Below, piece after piece: positions 35,568-44,653 of a stretch of 64,000 nt of DNA. Made by a program: the position numbers and the translations under genes. The stretch is from an uncultured Oscillospiraceae bacterium (GTDB lineage: Bacteria > Bacillota > Clostridia > Oscillospirales > Acutalibacteraceae): positions 7,033 to 71,032 of the forward strand of contig UQDO01000002.1 in assembly GCA_900539855.1 (NCBI GenBank). Reading direction: 5' to 3'. Position 1 is the stretch's first letter, and each line of letters begins with the position of its first letter. A model generated the notes under the pieces. It did not search any database. It was not told the origin of the DNA and saw nothing but the letters and a program-made list of their open reading frames with translations.

Positions 35568-37708
35568 TATACATTCCCTCCGAGCGATATTATCGCCTGT
35601 TTTAATTCGTCAAACGCTTTGTTTATATCCCTGTTGTATCTGGTGCTGAGCGTACCGGGCGACTTCACGGCAAATGTGCAGACATTCTCCCTTGCGGCGG
35701 TTACATTGCCGTCAGTATCGGGCGTAAGCTCCGCCGGCGCTGCGTATTTTTCATAACCTGCGGCGGCGTCGCTGCACCTGACCTGTATTCTGACCTTGTA
35801 ATTGTCGAAAGCCACGCCGGCATATACATAGATCCATGTTCTCTCAAGAAAATAGCTCCTGTCGCAGGTTTTGGTCTGTGACGTGCTTTCGTTTTTAAGC
35901 GGTGCGGCGTGCAGCTTGTCACCCCAAAGAGCAGCATCGTTTGTGTATCCGGTGTGGAACACGGCATCCCGACCATACTGATTTTGTGTAGTAGTGCCGC
36001 TTACATATTCAACGTCGACTGTAAAATCTTTATTCAGCCCATAATAAAAATTGGGTATTGCGACAGTAAACTGCTGGTTTTCCGACGGAGAAGAACCGTT
36101 AAATAAGAAGCAATCTTCATCCGGCAGATACTGTATTGTAATACCGCCAAAGGTCTGAGCAGTCATCCAAGGAGTCGGGTCAAAAATGTTGCGGCCGAGC
36201 TTATAGACCTTGGAAGGCGCATTATCGCCCACGGCAGCAACATTTACGGTGACCGTGTCCTCGCATGGCGAAACATCGTCTATCCCCAGCATGCTTCCCG
36301 ATTTTTGTGACACCAGCGCGTTTGCTCTTTCACCGAGACAGGAGCTAATGTCCCTGTTGTAGGTCACGCTGACGGTGCCGGCAGACACCGAGACGGTCAT
36401 GGGCGACGCGGTGGAATTAAGCCCCGTGACCGTGCCGTCGGCAGAAGCAGAGCCTGTAGATACCGTGCCGTCCGGCGCCGTGACCGTAACGGCGGTGGGT
36501 ATAGCCTGTACGGTACTGACGGTCAGAGTGCAGGTCTCGGTCACAAGATCGCTTTGCAGTATACCATTTACCGCAAATCCTGTGATCTTTGAACCGGCAG
36601 CTACGGTCGTACTTACCGTAACATCGTCATTTATGGCACCATAGCAGCCCTTTTTGCCGGTAACCGTAAGTGTCGTCCCGTCTATTACATAATCCAGGAC
36701 GCTGAAGCATGACGTTTCGGCATTTGCTGATGTTGTCACTGCCGCATCAGTGACCTGTTCGCCGTCCACTACAGGCACAAGTACGGACGGACTGCTTGAA
36801 GGTATAGTGCCCTCTACACCGGATTTGCGCTCAATGTACCCCTGCAAAACAACATGAACGTTTTCATCCGGCTGTTCAAGTGTTATGCTGCCTGCACTTG
36901 TAAGAGCATTTTTAGATACCTCGACAAGTCCCGTGCCTGATGTCAGCACCGAGCACTTTACCTTTAACTCATGCTTTAAGGGCGATACATCATTTACCGT
37001 AAATGATGTTCCACCAACCGTGTTTTTAACCGGGTTGCAAAGCTCGTTCGGCAAACTTACCAGAGTTTCAAGCTTCTGCACCGCGCTCTTGGCAATTTCA
37101 GCCTGCGCTTTCGCCTCATCGGCTTTACTTTCTGCCGATCTGCTGCAGTTGAAAGCCATGTTGCTGCTGAGTTCGCAGGCGGTTTTTATTCCGGCTGCCG
37201 TCTCGCTGTCGGTCTTGGCATTATCAGCACTCAGTTTGGCATCGGCTGCGAGGGCGGCGGCTGACTCTGCGCTTGCCTTTGCCTCATCAATGCGCTTGTC
37301 GCAAAGCAGCATCATACTTTCGAAATTGTCCGAAGATCTCTCGATTTCTGCAAACGGTGTTTCTGAAACGCCGACATTCAGCGGCAGCACCGAGCTCTTG
37401 CATATCTGCACTGCTTCGCCGTCCGACTCCTTATATCCGGCAAGCTGGAAATGTATCACCGGCGCGTTCATTGCCTCAAAGGGCACCGTATATTCGATAA
37501 TTCCATCGCTAATATAAAGCTTTTCACTGTAATGACCGTCAATTATCACTCTATAATATTCGGAATTGCCGAAATGTGTCCCGGATATATCGTCAATGCT
37601 TATGCGGAGCAGAACGGCATTGTGTTCTCCTCCGTAACCTATTGTTCTGTCGGGCTCACTCAACCACGCTTTTCCGTCATCATAGAATTTGATTGTGGTA
37701 TAACGCAT
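35567..37708 (-). CDS. Phage tail fibre / host-specificity protein (BppU-like N-terminus, coiled coil, Ser/Thr/Val-rich beta region)
   Basis: The 713-aa protein has an Ala/Lys-rich coiled coil over about residues 140-210. A long T/S/V-rich region follows. It is the first gene of the phage remnant on this strand. Confidence 0.6.
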   Translation of the reverse strand: MRYTTIKFYDDGKAWLSEPDRTIGYGGEHNAVLLRISIDDISGTHFGNSEYYRVIIDGHYSEKLYISDGIIEYTVPFEAMNAPVIHFQLAGYKESDGEAVQICKSSVLPLNVGVSETPFAEIERSSDNFESMMLLCDKRIDEAKASAESAAALAADAKLSADNAKTDSETAAGIKTACELSSNMAFNCSRSAESKADEAKAQAEIAKSAVQKLETLVSLPNELCNPVKNTVGGTSFTVNDVSPLKHELKVKCSVLTSGTGLVEVSKNALTSAGSITLEQPDENVHVVLQGYIERKSGVEGTIPSSSPSVLVPVVDGEQVTDAAVTTSANAETSCFSVLDYVIDGTTLTVTGKKGCYGAINDDVTVSTTVAAGSKITGFAVNGILQSDLVTETCTLTVSTVQAIPTAVTVTAPDGTVSTGSASADGTVTGLNSTASPMTVSVSAGTVSVTYNRDISSCLGERANALVSQKSGSMLGIDDVSPCEDTVTVNVAAVGDNAPSKVYKLGRNIFDPTPWMTAQTFGGITIQYLPDEDCFLFNGSSPSENQQFTVAIPNFYYGLNKDFTVDVEYVSGTTTQNQYGRDAVFHTGYTNDAALWGDKLHAAPLKNESTSQTKTCDRSYFLERTWIYVYAGVAFDNYKVRIQVRCSDAAAGYEKYAAPAELTPDTDGNVTAARENVCTFAVKSPGTLSTRYNRDINKAFDELKQAIISLGGNV

Positions 37709-38167
37709 TTTATTCCTCCTTTGTTGCAGACTAAAGCTGCCGCCGTCTCGCGGTCAAGCGGAAAAACGGCATCAAATATACGCACGCAAAAAGAGAACGT
37801 TGGTGCAACTTTTCAGGGAACTTTGTCAATTTACAAATTGTATTGTCAATCTGTTTTAAGCACTTGACAAGCATTTATGTAAACAAGATAACCCATGATA
37901 TTTATCAACGTTATCCCCAACCTTCTCAACACATATTAACCTCGGGAGGCTGTTCTTAACCGATTTTGCGCGGTGTTTGATACAAAACCTGTGGAAAACC
38001 GTGTTGATAACGTGGATTACTAAACGTATATAAATAATGCTGCTTTGAAATTATGTTAATAATCAAAGCAGCCACTTTCTGTCATAATTAAAATTTTAAA
38101 CAAAGAAAAATCCAATAATACCCCTTTGCAGGATAAATCTTACACCGGTTCTGTTTTATATTTTATA

Positions 38168-38209
38168 TGGTGAATTTTAGTTTATCTGCATAAAGGTAAA
38201 CTAAAATTT
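38168..38209. repeat. Minimal hairpin copy of the TTTTAGTTTA inverted-repeat family
   Basis: ggtgaattttagtttat-ctgcataaagg-taaactaaaattt has 13-bp arms. Confidence 0.5.
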
Positions 38210-38217
38210 ATAATTAA

Positions 38218-38246
38218 AGACCGGCAGGAATGTCCCTGCCGGTCCC
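38218..38246. repeat. GC hairpin of the gaccggcagg family, left flank of 234-bp element copy 2
   Basis: gaccggcaggaatgtccctgccggtc is near-identical to 21209-21238. Confidence 0.45.
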
Positions 38247-38479
38247 AGTCTGTCGATAAACCTCAAAGTCTACTCTTTCGTCGGTTATGCTGCATTTTCT
38301 GTTTTTCCGCTGACATGCGCGGCGGAAAAACACCTTGTAAGCGAAAAACCGCAGAATATAGCGGTTTTTCAAGGACACTGGGGTGGTATTGGCGGGGATA
38401 GAGCGCAGTCCGAAAATCTTTGATTTTCGAGCGAGCGGCATTCCCGTCCAAAAGCGTGTCGACTTTTTCGACACGCTCA
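38246..38479. repeat. 234-bp structured element, copy 2
   Basis: It matches 18671-18904 with 3 mismatches in 234 bp. Confidence 0.6.
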
Positions 38480-38505
38480 GACCGCAGTTCCCTGCGGTCT
38501 TTTTC
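38480..38505 (+). terminator. Rho-independent terminator abutting the 3' end (plus sense) of element copy 2
   Basis: The hairpin gaccgcag-ttcc-ctgcggtc is followed by TTTTTC. Confidence 0.5.
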
Positions 38506-38515
38506 TGTAAAAAAA

Positions 38516-39253
38516 TTATTGCACACTCTTTCCGCCGTCTACGAAAATGCACTGGCCGGTCATATACCTGCCCTCGTCAGAGCAGAGGAGCGACACTATC
38601 CCTGCACAGTCGTCAGGCTTTCCGTAAAAGCCTACCGGTATAGAGGCTATTACCTTCGCGGCATACTGGGGATCAGACAAAGCCTCAACGTTCCGGTCAG
38701 TATAAATAACGCCCGGCGCTACATTGTTTACCGTTATTCCGAACGGCGCCAGCTGAAGTGACAGCGATCTCACCATATTGGTCTGTGCCGCCTTTGCGGC
38801 AGAGTAAATGAGCATGTCGGGATGCGGTTTTGCCTCCTGAACACTGCCTATTGTGACTATCCTGCCCCACTTTTGCTCCTTCATATGGGGGACTACTGCT
38901 TTTATCAGCATCAGCGACGATACAAAATCACAGTTGAGCTGATCGTACACCTCACCCAGCTCTATTTCATCCCAATGCTTTCTTATCTGCAGTGACGCAT
39001 TGAGCACCAATGCGTCTATATCCCCTGCATTTGACGCTAAAAGCGCCGTTTCCGACGTTTTGCAGAGGTCAGCTCTGATAACGCTTGCCCTGCCGCCGTT
39101 TTCTTCTATCAGACGTCTTGTCTCATCAGCTTTATCGGTATTTCCGGCGCAGTGAACTATCACCTCATAGCCGTCCTTTGCAAGGCGTATTGCTATTGCT
39201 CTGCCTATACCGCGGGACGAACCCGTTACAAGCACGCGTTTTCCGTTCGACAA
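38516..39253 (-). CDS. SDR family oxidoreductase (3-oxoacyl-ACP reductase-like)
   Basis: The TGSSRGIGRA Rossmann motif and a YxxxK catalytic motif are present. The protein is 245 aa. Confidence 0.8.
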   Translation of the reverse strand: MSNGKRVLVTGSSRGIGRAIAIRLAKDGYEVIVHCAGNTDKADETRRLIEENGGRASVIRADLCKTSETALLASNAGDIDALVLNASLQIRKHWDEIELGEVYDQLNCDFVSSLMLIKAVVPHMKEQKWGRIVTIGSVQEAKPHPDMLIYSAAKAAQTNMVRSLSLQLAPFGITVNNVAPGVIYTDRNVEALSDPQYAAKVIASIPVGFYGKPDDCAGIVSLLCSDEGRYMTGQCIFVDGGKSVQ

Positions 39254-39259
39254 AATGTT

Positions 39260-40273
39260 TCACCTCTGATTAAATAAATCGTTTTTAATTGCGTTATGCA
39301 GCTTTTCCCGCATTTGCATAACCTCGTCATAATTTTCATTACCGTATTTTTTTGCGATAGAAACGGTTGCGTCCGATAGAATTATTACATACAGACCGCT
39401 TTCCCTGTTTAAAAACAGTGATGTACCCGTATGCCCGCAATGACCTATTGAGCCTACAGGAAAAAGTGTGCCTGTCTGCTTGTAATTTTCATCAACATAC
39501 AAAAAGCCCAAGCCCCTTGCCTGACCCATATCGGCGGTGTAATTTTTGGCAGCCATGTCAAGAACAGACCTTGAAAAAAGCTTTCCGCCGCCGTTTAAAA
39601 GCATATCTGCATAAACGGTTATATCGTCAATATTTGAAAACAATCCGGCATTGCCCGCAACCCCGCCCAAAAACTGACAGTTATAATCGTTCACTATACC
39701 GAGCTTATTATCCGCAATATTACTGTTTATAATAGAATGTCCTGTTTTATCAGGCTTAAAGCCGCTGCTTTTCAAGCCCAACGGCGCCGCAACCATATTT
39801 TCAAACAGTACGTCCAACCTTTCGCCGTAAATTTTTTCCAGAATTTTACCCAACAGTATAAACGCGGGACAGGAATATTCAACCCATTTGCCCACGGCAT
39901 TGCCCTTTAACGATAGAATGTATTCGGCAATATTATCGTATGTAATGTTATTGCCGGTAAGATCTCTTGAAGCAAGTCCCATAGTATGGGTGAGCAGGTT
40001 GAAAACCGTCAATTCGTTATACCACTCGGGTACGGCGAAGAATTTGCTTACCTTATCGGTTATATTCAGCCTTTTCTGTTCAACGGCAATCAGGGCAAGG
40101 GTTGTTGTTACCGTTATTTTGGTAACGGACGCCATATCAAACAAGGTTTGGCTGTTCACACCGTCCGAATATACCTCGCCGATTATATCGCCGAATTTTC
40201 CGACTCTTACGGCTATATTCGATACTGTACCGTCCCTTTTAAATTGATCTGCCAATAATTCGGTTTCTCTCAT
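39260..40273 (-). CDS. Serine hydrolase, beta-lactamase family (class C / PBP4-like)
   Basis: The SxxK motif SVTK is present in a beta-lactamase/transpeptidase fold. The protein is 337 aa. Confidence 0.75.
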   Translation of the reverse strand: MRETELLADQFKRDGTVSNIAVRVGKFGDIIGEVYSDGVNSQTLFDMASVTKITVTTTLALIAVEQKRLNITDKVSKFFAVPEWYNELTVFNLLTHTMGLASRDLTGNNITYDNIAEYILSLKGNAVGKWVEYSCPAFILLGKILEKIYGERLDVLFENMVAAPLGLKSSGFKPDKTGHSIINSNIADNKLGIVNDYNCQFLGGVAGNAGLFSNIDDITVYADMLLNGGGKLFSRSVLDMAAKNYTADMGQARGLGFLYVDENYKQTGTLFPVGSIGHCGHTGTSLFLNRESGLYVIILSDATVSIAKKYGNENYDEVMQMREKLHNAIKNDLFNQR

Positions 40274-40291
40274 ACTGATTTATCCTTTCGG

Positions 40292-40363
40292 TTAAAGCGC
40301 TGTCTTTGCTCTGCCGATGCCGCGCGACGAACCGGTCACAAGTACACACTTTCCGCTAAACAT
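40292..40363 (-). pseudogene. Orphan 23-codon fragment of an SDR N-terminus (MFSGKCVLVTGSSRGIGRAKTAL*)
   Basis: It translates to the Rossmann motif of an SDR. Its nucleotide sequence is about 70% identical to the start of gene 38516-39253. A stop follows 23 codons in. Confidence 0.4.
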
Positions 40364-40379
40364 TATAAATAAAAACTTC

Positions 40380-41729
40380 TTAAAGTATTATTTCATGTAC
40401 CGCCGTTTCACCCTTGTGTACGCCGAATTCGGCTGTAAAATTCTTGCCCGAAACGGTATAATTTCCATAAAAACCGCGGAACTCCGCATATCCGTTTTCA
40501 TCTGTGGTAAGCTCCAAATCGGTATGCCATACCTCATGGGTCAGCTTATAAAGTCTGTCTGCCGATTTTTTGGGAGTATAATCGTGATGCAGCAGACCGC
40601 CGCGCACGCGGTTTTCATTCCAACCGCCACCAAGTACAAAAGCAAAGCCGTCGGGCACGTTCCAGTAAACGATATCCTGCACCGCCTCATGGCTGAAGCA
40701 AATGCTGTAAAACAGCTCCAGAAGGTCTGCCTGAAGTTCCTCGTCCTCAGGTGTGTCACCAAATGTCGGTATAGTAACTTCGGTAAGCTCAAGCGGCAGT
40801 CCAAAGGTCGCCATTATATCAAGCCCTTTGAATATTAAAGCCGGATCGATCATACTAATATGACCTGTATTGGAAATCTCTTTGTCGTATTCCTCATCAT
40901 TTTTTGCACGCGCACCTACAAAGATATGATGCTGAAGACCTATTTTATCAATAGAAACCCCGCTTTTGAGCGCATTTTCAACAAGCATAAAGTAAGCGTT
41001 CCTATAGTCCTGCTTTGCAAGACCGACAATAGAATTACCTTCATTTATAACGAGTGTCTCGTCGGCAAAATACTGCCTTGCAAGAGAAAACGCCCATTCG
41101 GTTATGTCGTGCTTGTCGCTGATAACGCTTTTATGCTTCCAGCCTGCCTCCTCGAGCAGCTCGTTCACCACTTCCACCTCGAAAAGTCTGCCGCTGTATC
41201 TTTCAGCGATCTGACGGAAGCGCTCTTTATAAAGCTTTTCCATTTTCTCCATGTCGCCAAAGGGAAGCCAATCTGGCGTGAATTTGTCGTAAACAAGGCA
41301 GTGGAGCTTAGGGGTAATGCCGTTCTCCTCACAGTATTCAATGCAGCGATCAGGTGTCGGACGCCGCCATACCTTAGGGCTGTTTTTATCATATCTTGGT
41401 TTTCCCTCTTCCGGCTCCAGACCGTCCCAGTAAAAAGGAACGGTAGCAAGGTTGAAATATTTTTTGAAAGACTCGCGGTATTTTAAGTTGTCATCATCAT
41501 TTTCAAGTTCGTCAAGCATAAATATGTTCGCGCCGAAGCCGAAATCATGGGTTTGCTGATCTATGGTAACCTGTTGATTTGCAAGCGGTTTGCCGTTTTT
41601 GTCAACGATCTTCAGTTTGCAGTAGCCCTTACGGTATTTTTCAATACCGTCCTTTATCCTTGCATCGAAAGCCTCCTTATTCTGGTTGTAGCCTTCGGTC
41701 CATATTTTTCTTTTTTCAGCGGTGGTCAT
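40380..41729 (-). CDS. Glycoside hydrolase family 10 (endo-1,4-beta-xylanase-like), apparently cytoplasmic
   Basis: The GH10 motifs are VEVVNE (acid/base), ELTEV (nucleophile) and GLQHH. No signal peptide is present. Confidence 0.65.
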   Translation of the reverse strand: MTTAEKRKIWTEGYNQNKEAFDARIKDGIEKYRKGYCKLKIVDKNGKPLANQQVTIDQQTHDFGFGANIFMLDELENDDDNLKYRESFKKYFNLATVPFYWDGLEPEEGKPRYDKNSPKVWRRPTPDRCIEYCEENGITPKLHCLVYDKFTPDWLPFGDMEKMEKLYKERFRQIAERYSGRLFEVEVVNELLEEAGWKHKSVISDKHDITEWAFSLARQYFADETLVINEGNSIVGLAKQDYRNAYFMLVENALKSGVSIDKIGLQHHIFVGARAKNDEEYDKEISNTGHISMIDPALIFKGLDIMATFGLPLELTEVTIPTFGDTPEDEELQADLLELFYSICFSHEAVQDIVYWNVPDGFAFVLGGGWNENRVRGGLLHHDYTPKKSADRLYKLTHEVWHTDLELTTDENGYAEFRGFYGNYTVSGKNFTAEFGVHKGETAVHEIIL

Positions 41730-41758
41730 ATCGTTTGCCCCCTTATTTTAAGCACCCG

Positions 41759-42673
41759 TTAAAGTGCGGTCTGCGTATCGTTAGGATCGCCGTTTCGTGC
41801 CAGATCATACTCCTTTGACCAGTCAAGATCGCGGTATTCCTCACCCCTCGGATCGGTCTTTATCCAGTCGAGCAGCATGTCGAGCATGCCTTCCGTCCAT
41901 GTATTTTTATCGATCTGTGCGGTGGTGAATTTGCCCTTGCAGATCATTTCAAATCCGAAATCATCCTTGACATGGGTCTTTGCAGCTCCCTCTACAACGT
42001 CAGCTACCAGGTGTGACGGTATAAAGAGTACTCCTCCGCCGGCACCAAATACAACATCGCCCGGCAGACATACAGCGCCGCCGAAGTTTGTTATATCATT
42101 CCAGTCCTTCATCACAAATTCGCGTATCGGTGTCGGATCAATACCGCGGTAATATACTTGAACATCGGGCACCTTTTTCATTTGTTCAATGTCCCGTATA
42201 CCGCCCCATATAACCGCTCCGCCGTTTTTGGTGCGCTTTTGCAGTGCGGTCGTGAGGTTTCCGCCCAAAAATGTGCCTTTATATATTTTATCATACATAT
42301 CGCAGACCACAACATCGCGCTCGTAAAGGTGATCAATGACCCACTGGTTATAGTTGCCCTGCAGTCCGTCTTCAGCGCCTCTTTTAAACTGGACTTCGTG
42401 CAGGTCCGGTCTTGTCGGACAATATGTACATGTGACCGCTCTGCCGACCAGTTTACGGTCATCGTTATGCAGGGTGTTCAGCGGATTTTCTCCGCCGCCT
42501 ACGAACTGATGCTCGTAGCCTAACACAAAAATAGGCTTCCAGACCTCCTCTAAGGTCATACCGTAAAGCGCGTCAAGGTATTTATCCGGCACATAAGGTC
42601 TGCCGTCCGGCAGGCGCTCACCGTGCCACAGAGGTGTCAATTCTATGATTTTTTCTCTGTCATTGAAGTTCAT
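41759..42673 (-). CDS. RraA-family (aldolase/decarboxylase-like) protein
   Basis: An RraA-like GAVIWGGIRD motif is present. The start is chosen at MNFNDREKI, which follows an AAAGGAG RBS. It overlaps the upstream stop by 4 nt (ATGA). Confidence 0.55.
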   Translation of the reverse strand: MNFNDREKIIELTPLWHGERLPDGRPYVPDKYLDALYGMTLEEVWKPIFVLGYEHQFVGGGENPLNTLHNDDRKLVGRAVTCTYCPTRPDLHEVQFKRGAEDGLQGNYNQWVIDHLYERDVVVCDMYDKIYKGTFLGGNLTTALQKRTKNGGAVIWGGIRDIEQMKKVPDVQVYYRGIDPTPIREFVMKDWNDITNFGGAVCLPGDVVFGAGGGVLFIPSHLVADVVEGAAKTHVKDDFGFEMICKGKFTTAQIDKNTWTEGMLDMLLDWIKTDPRGEEYRDLDWSKEYDLARNGDPNDTQTAL

Positions 42674-43317
42674 TTTTCGGGCTCCTTTTTCTGCTTCATG
42701 AGCCATTCCCACAGTTCATCCATGGCAAATGCCTGATCCCATGAGTTGTGATCGGCGTTTTCAAATATCGTTATTTTGGCATGTCCGCCGTTTTTGTTGA
42801 TCTGCCTTATCATTTTTATGCTTTCCTCCGGCAGCACGGTGCTGTCAAGCGCACCATGGAACGCCCAGACCGGCATATTTTTAAGCCTTGCGGCATTCCA
42901 GTACATTCCGCCGCCGCAGACAGCCACCAACGCCGCAAAAAGCAAAGGTCTTGTCATCGCCAGCTGCCACGCGGCATACGCGCCCATGCTGAGACCCGTA
43001 AGATACACACGGCTTTTATCAACGCCGTCAGCATTCACGGCAGTTTCAGTAAAATCAATAAGCGTTTCAAAAAGCTCAAACCAAGTATTGCCCCAACACT
43101 GCGGTGAAACGATCCGCGCAGGTATATTCCTGCCCTTTTCAAGCTCGCCGATCGGTCCCGTATGCGCCATTTGGGACAGTTCAGTGCCCCTTGACCCCGC
43201 ACCATGCAAATGAATTATAAGCGGAACGTTTTCCTCACACTCCGGTGAATAGTAAAGATATTTAAGACTTTTGCCTGTCTTTTCGGACAGAAATACTTTT
43301 TCCTTGAACAGATCCAT
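42670..43317 (-). CDS. Alpha/beta hydrolase (phospholipase/carboxylesterase family)
   Basis: The GLSMG nucleophile elbow and an HGxxD His motif are present. The protein is 215 aa. Confidence 0.7.
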   Translation of the reverse strand: MDLFKEKVFLSEKTGKSLKYLYYSPECEENVPLIIHLHGAGSRGTELSQMAHTGPIGELEKGRNIPARIVSPQCWGNTWFELFETLIDFTETAVNADGVDKSRVYLTGLSMGAYAAWQLAMTRPLLFAALVAVCGGGMYWNAARLKNMPVWAFHGALDSTVLPEESIKMIRQINKNGGHAKITIFENADHNSWDQAFAMDELWEWLMKQKKEPEK

Positions 43318-43327
43318 TTATATCACC

Positions 43328-44647
43328 CTATTTTATTATAGCGACATAACCGTGAGGTTCAAGTGCTAATTCGTTTGCATTGCAAAGCTCCGCTTTATTT
43401 GAAAGTATGACCTTGCCGTCCAAAGCTTCGACCTTTACAGGCTCTGAGCCTACATTCCCCATAAACAATATCAGTTCGTTTTTATAATTCCTCTCAAATG
43501 ACAGAATATTTTCCGGCATATCGTCACGCCACAAAACATCGCCATAGCAGAGAATATCACTTTCATCTTTAAGACGATTTAAAGCCTTGAACACATTCTG
43601 ACGTCTGAGGCTTGCAGCCTTTGCGCCGTCGCTTCTGTCGGTGACCTGGAATCTGCCCATGTGGAACCTGTTTGCAAACATACTGATCCTTTTATCATCG
43701 GCAAGCTCGTTTCCGCAATAGACCATCGGTATGCCCCTCATCAGATAGTTCATTACCTGTATCATTTCCATGCCGTCGTTTCCGGCGAACAGCTCTATGC
43801 GCTCGTCCCAGTCGGTAGCCGTATCATGATTTTCCATGTCGATCAGCAGCCTTGCTCCGTCAGGCAGCGCGGCCCAGCACTCCTTTATATTTTCCCTGAA
43901 CGCTGCGGCTGTGATCTCCCCTCCGAACAGCTTGTGCATGTTATCATGCCAGGCGAAGCAGTACGATGAGTCAAACGCCGTAAGAAGATAATCCCACTTG
44001 TGACCCTCGTTTATAAGAACCGAATCAGGCTTTACGGAATGCATGCGGCGGCGTGCCTCGTTCCAAAAATCGACAGGTATATAGTCCCCAACATCGCAGC
44101 GGAAGCCGTCAACATCGAACTCTCCGATATAATAGAGCATGTTGGACCACATGTATTCTCTAAGACCCTCGCATGTGTAATCGAGAAAAGGAAAATGCCA
44201 TGTGCTGTATATTATATTTCCGTCCTTGTCCTGCTTTGCAAATTCAGGGTGCTTTTTAAGTATAGGCGCATTGGGACCTATATGTGCATAGACAAGATCA
44301 AGCAGCACGCGCATGCCAAGCTTATGCGCCGTATCTATAAACTGCCTCAGATCATCTTCTGTACCGTATTCGGGATCGATCTTAAAATAATCATTCATTC
44401 TGTACGGATTTTTAGGATTATCGGTTTCTGATTTCAGCTGACGGTTGCTCCAAAAGCTTTTGTCATCCGAGTCGTCCTCCTCAAAAACCGGGCAAAGGTA
44501 CATTATTCTAAAACCGAGCTCTTTTAAAAACGGAAGCTCTTCGGTGACATCGGCTATCGTTCCACCGGCACAAAAAGTTCGCGGATTTATCTGATACACC
44601 GCAGAGCGGCTAAGCCACAAGGGCGGCTCAATAGCTTTGAATTTCAT
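43328..44647 (-). CDS. Glycoside hydrolase family 13 (alpha-amylase family), cytoplasmic
   Basis: GH13 region II DGFRCDV, region III INEGH and region IV ENHD are present. Confidence 0.7.
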   Translation of the reverse strand: MKFKAIEPPLWLSRSAVYQINPRTFCAGGTIADVTEELPFLKELGFRIMYLCPVFEEDDSDDKSFWSNRQLKSETDNPKNPYRMNDYFKIDPEYGTEDDLRQFIDTAHKLGMRVLLDLVYAHIGPNAPILKKHPEFAKQDKDGNIIYSTWHFPFLDYTCEGLREYMWSNMLYYIGEFDVDGFRCDVGDYIPVDFWNEARRRMHSVKPDSVLINEGHKWDYLLTAFDSSYCFAWHDNMHKLFGGEITAAAFRENIKECWAALPDGARLLIDMENHDTATDWDERIELFAGNDGMEMIQVMNYLMRGIPMVYCGNELADDKRISMFANRFHMGRFQVTDRSDGAKAASLRRQNVFKALNRLKDESDILCYGDVLWRDDMPENILSFERNYKNELILFMGNVGSEPVKVEALDGKVILSNKAELCNANELALEPHGYVAIIK

Positions 44648-44653
44648 TATAGA

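Noticed and set aside
34144-37708. The phage module was considered as an intact prophage or an active defence island.
   Set aside because: No integrase, repressor, terminase, portal, capsid or tail-tube genes are present. There are also no recognisable defence-system genes (RM, Abi, CBASS and similar) in or around it.
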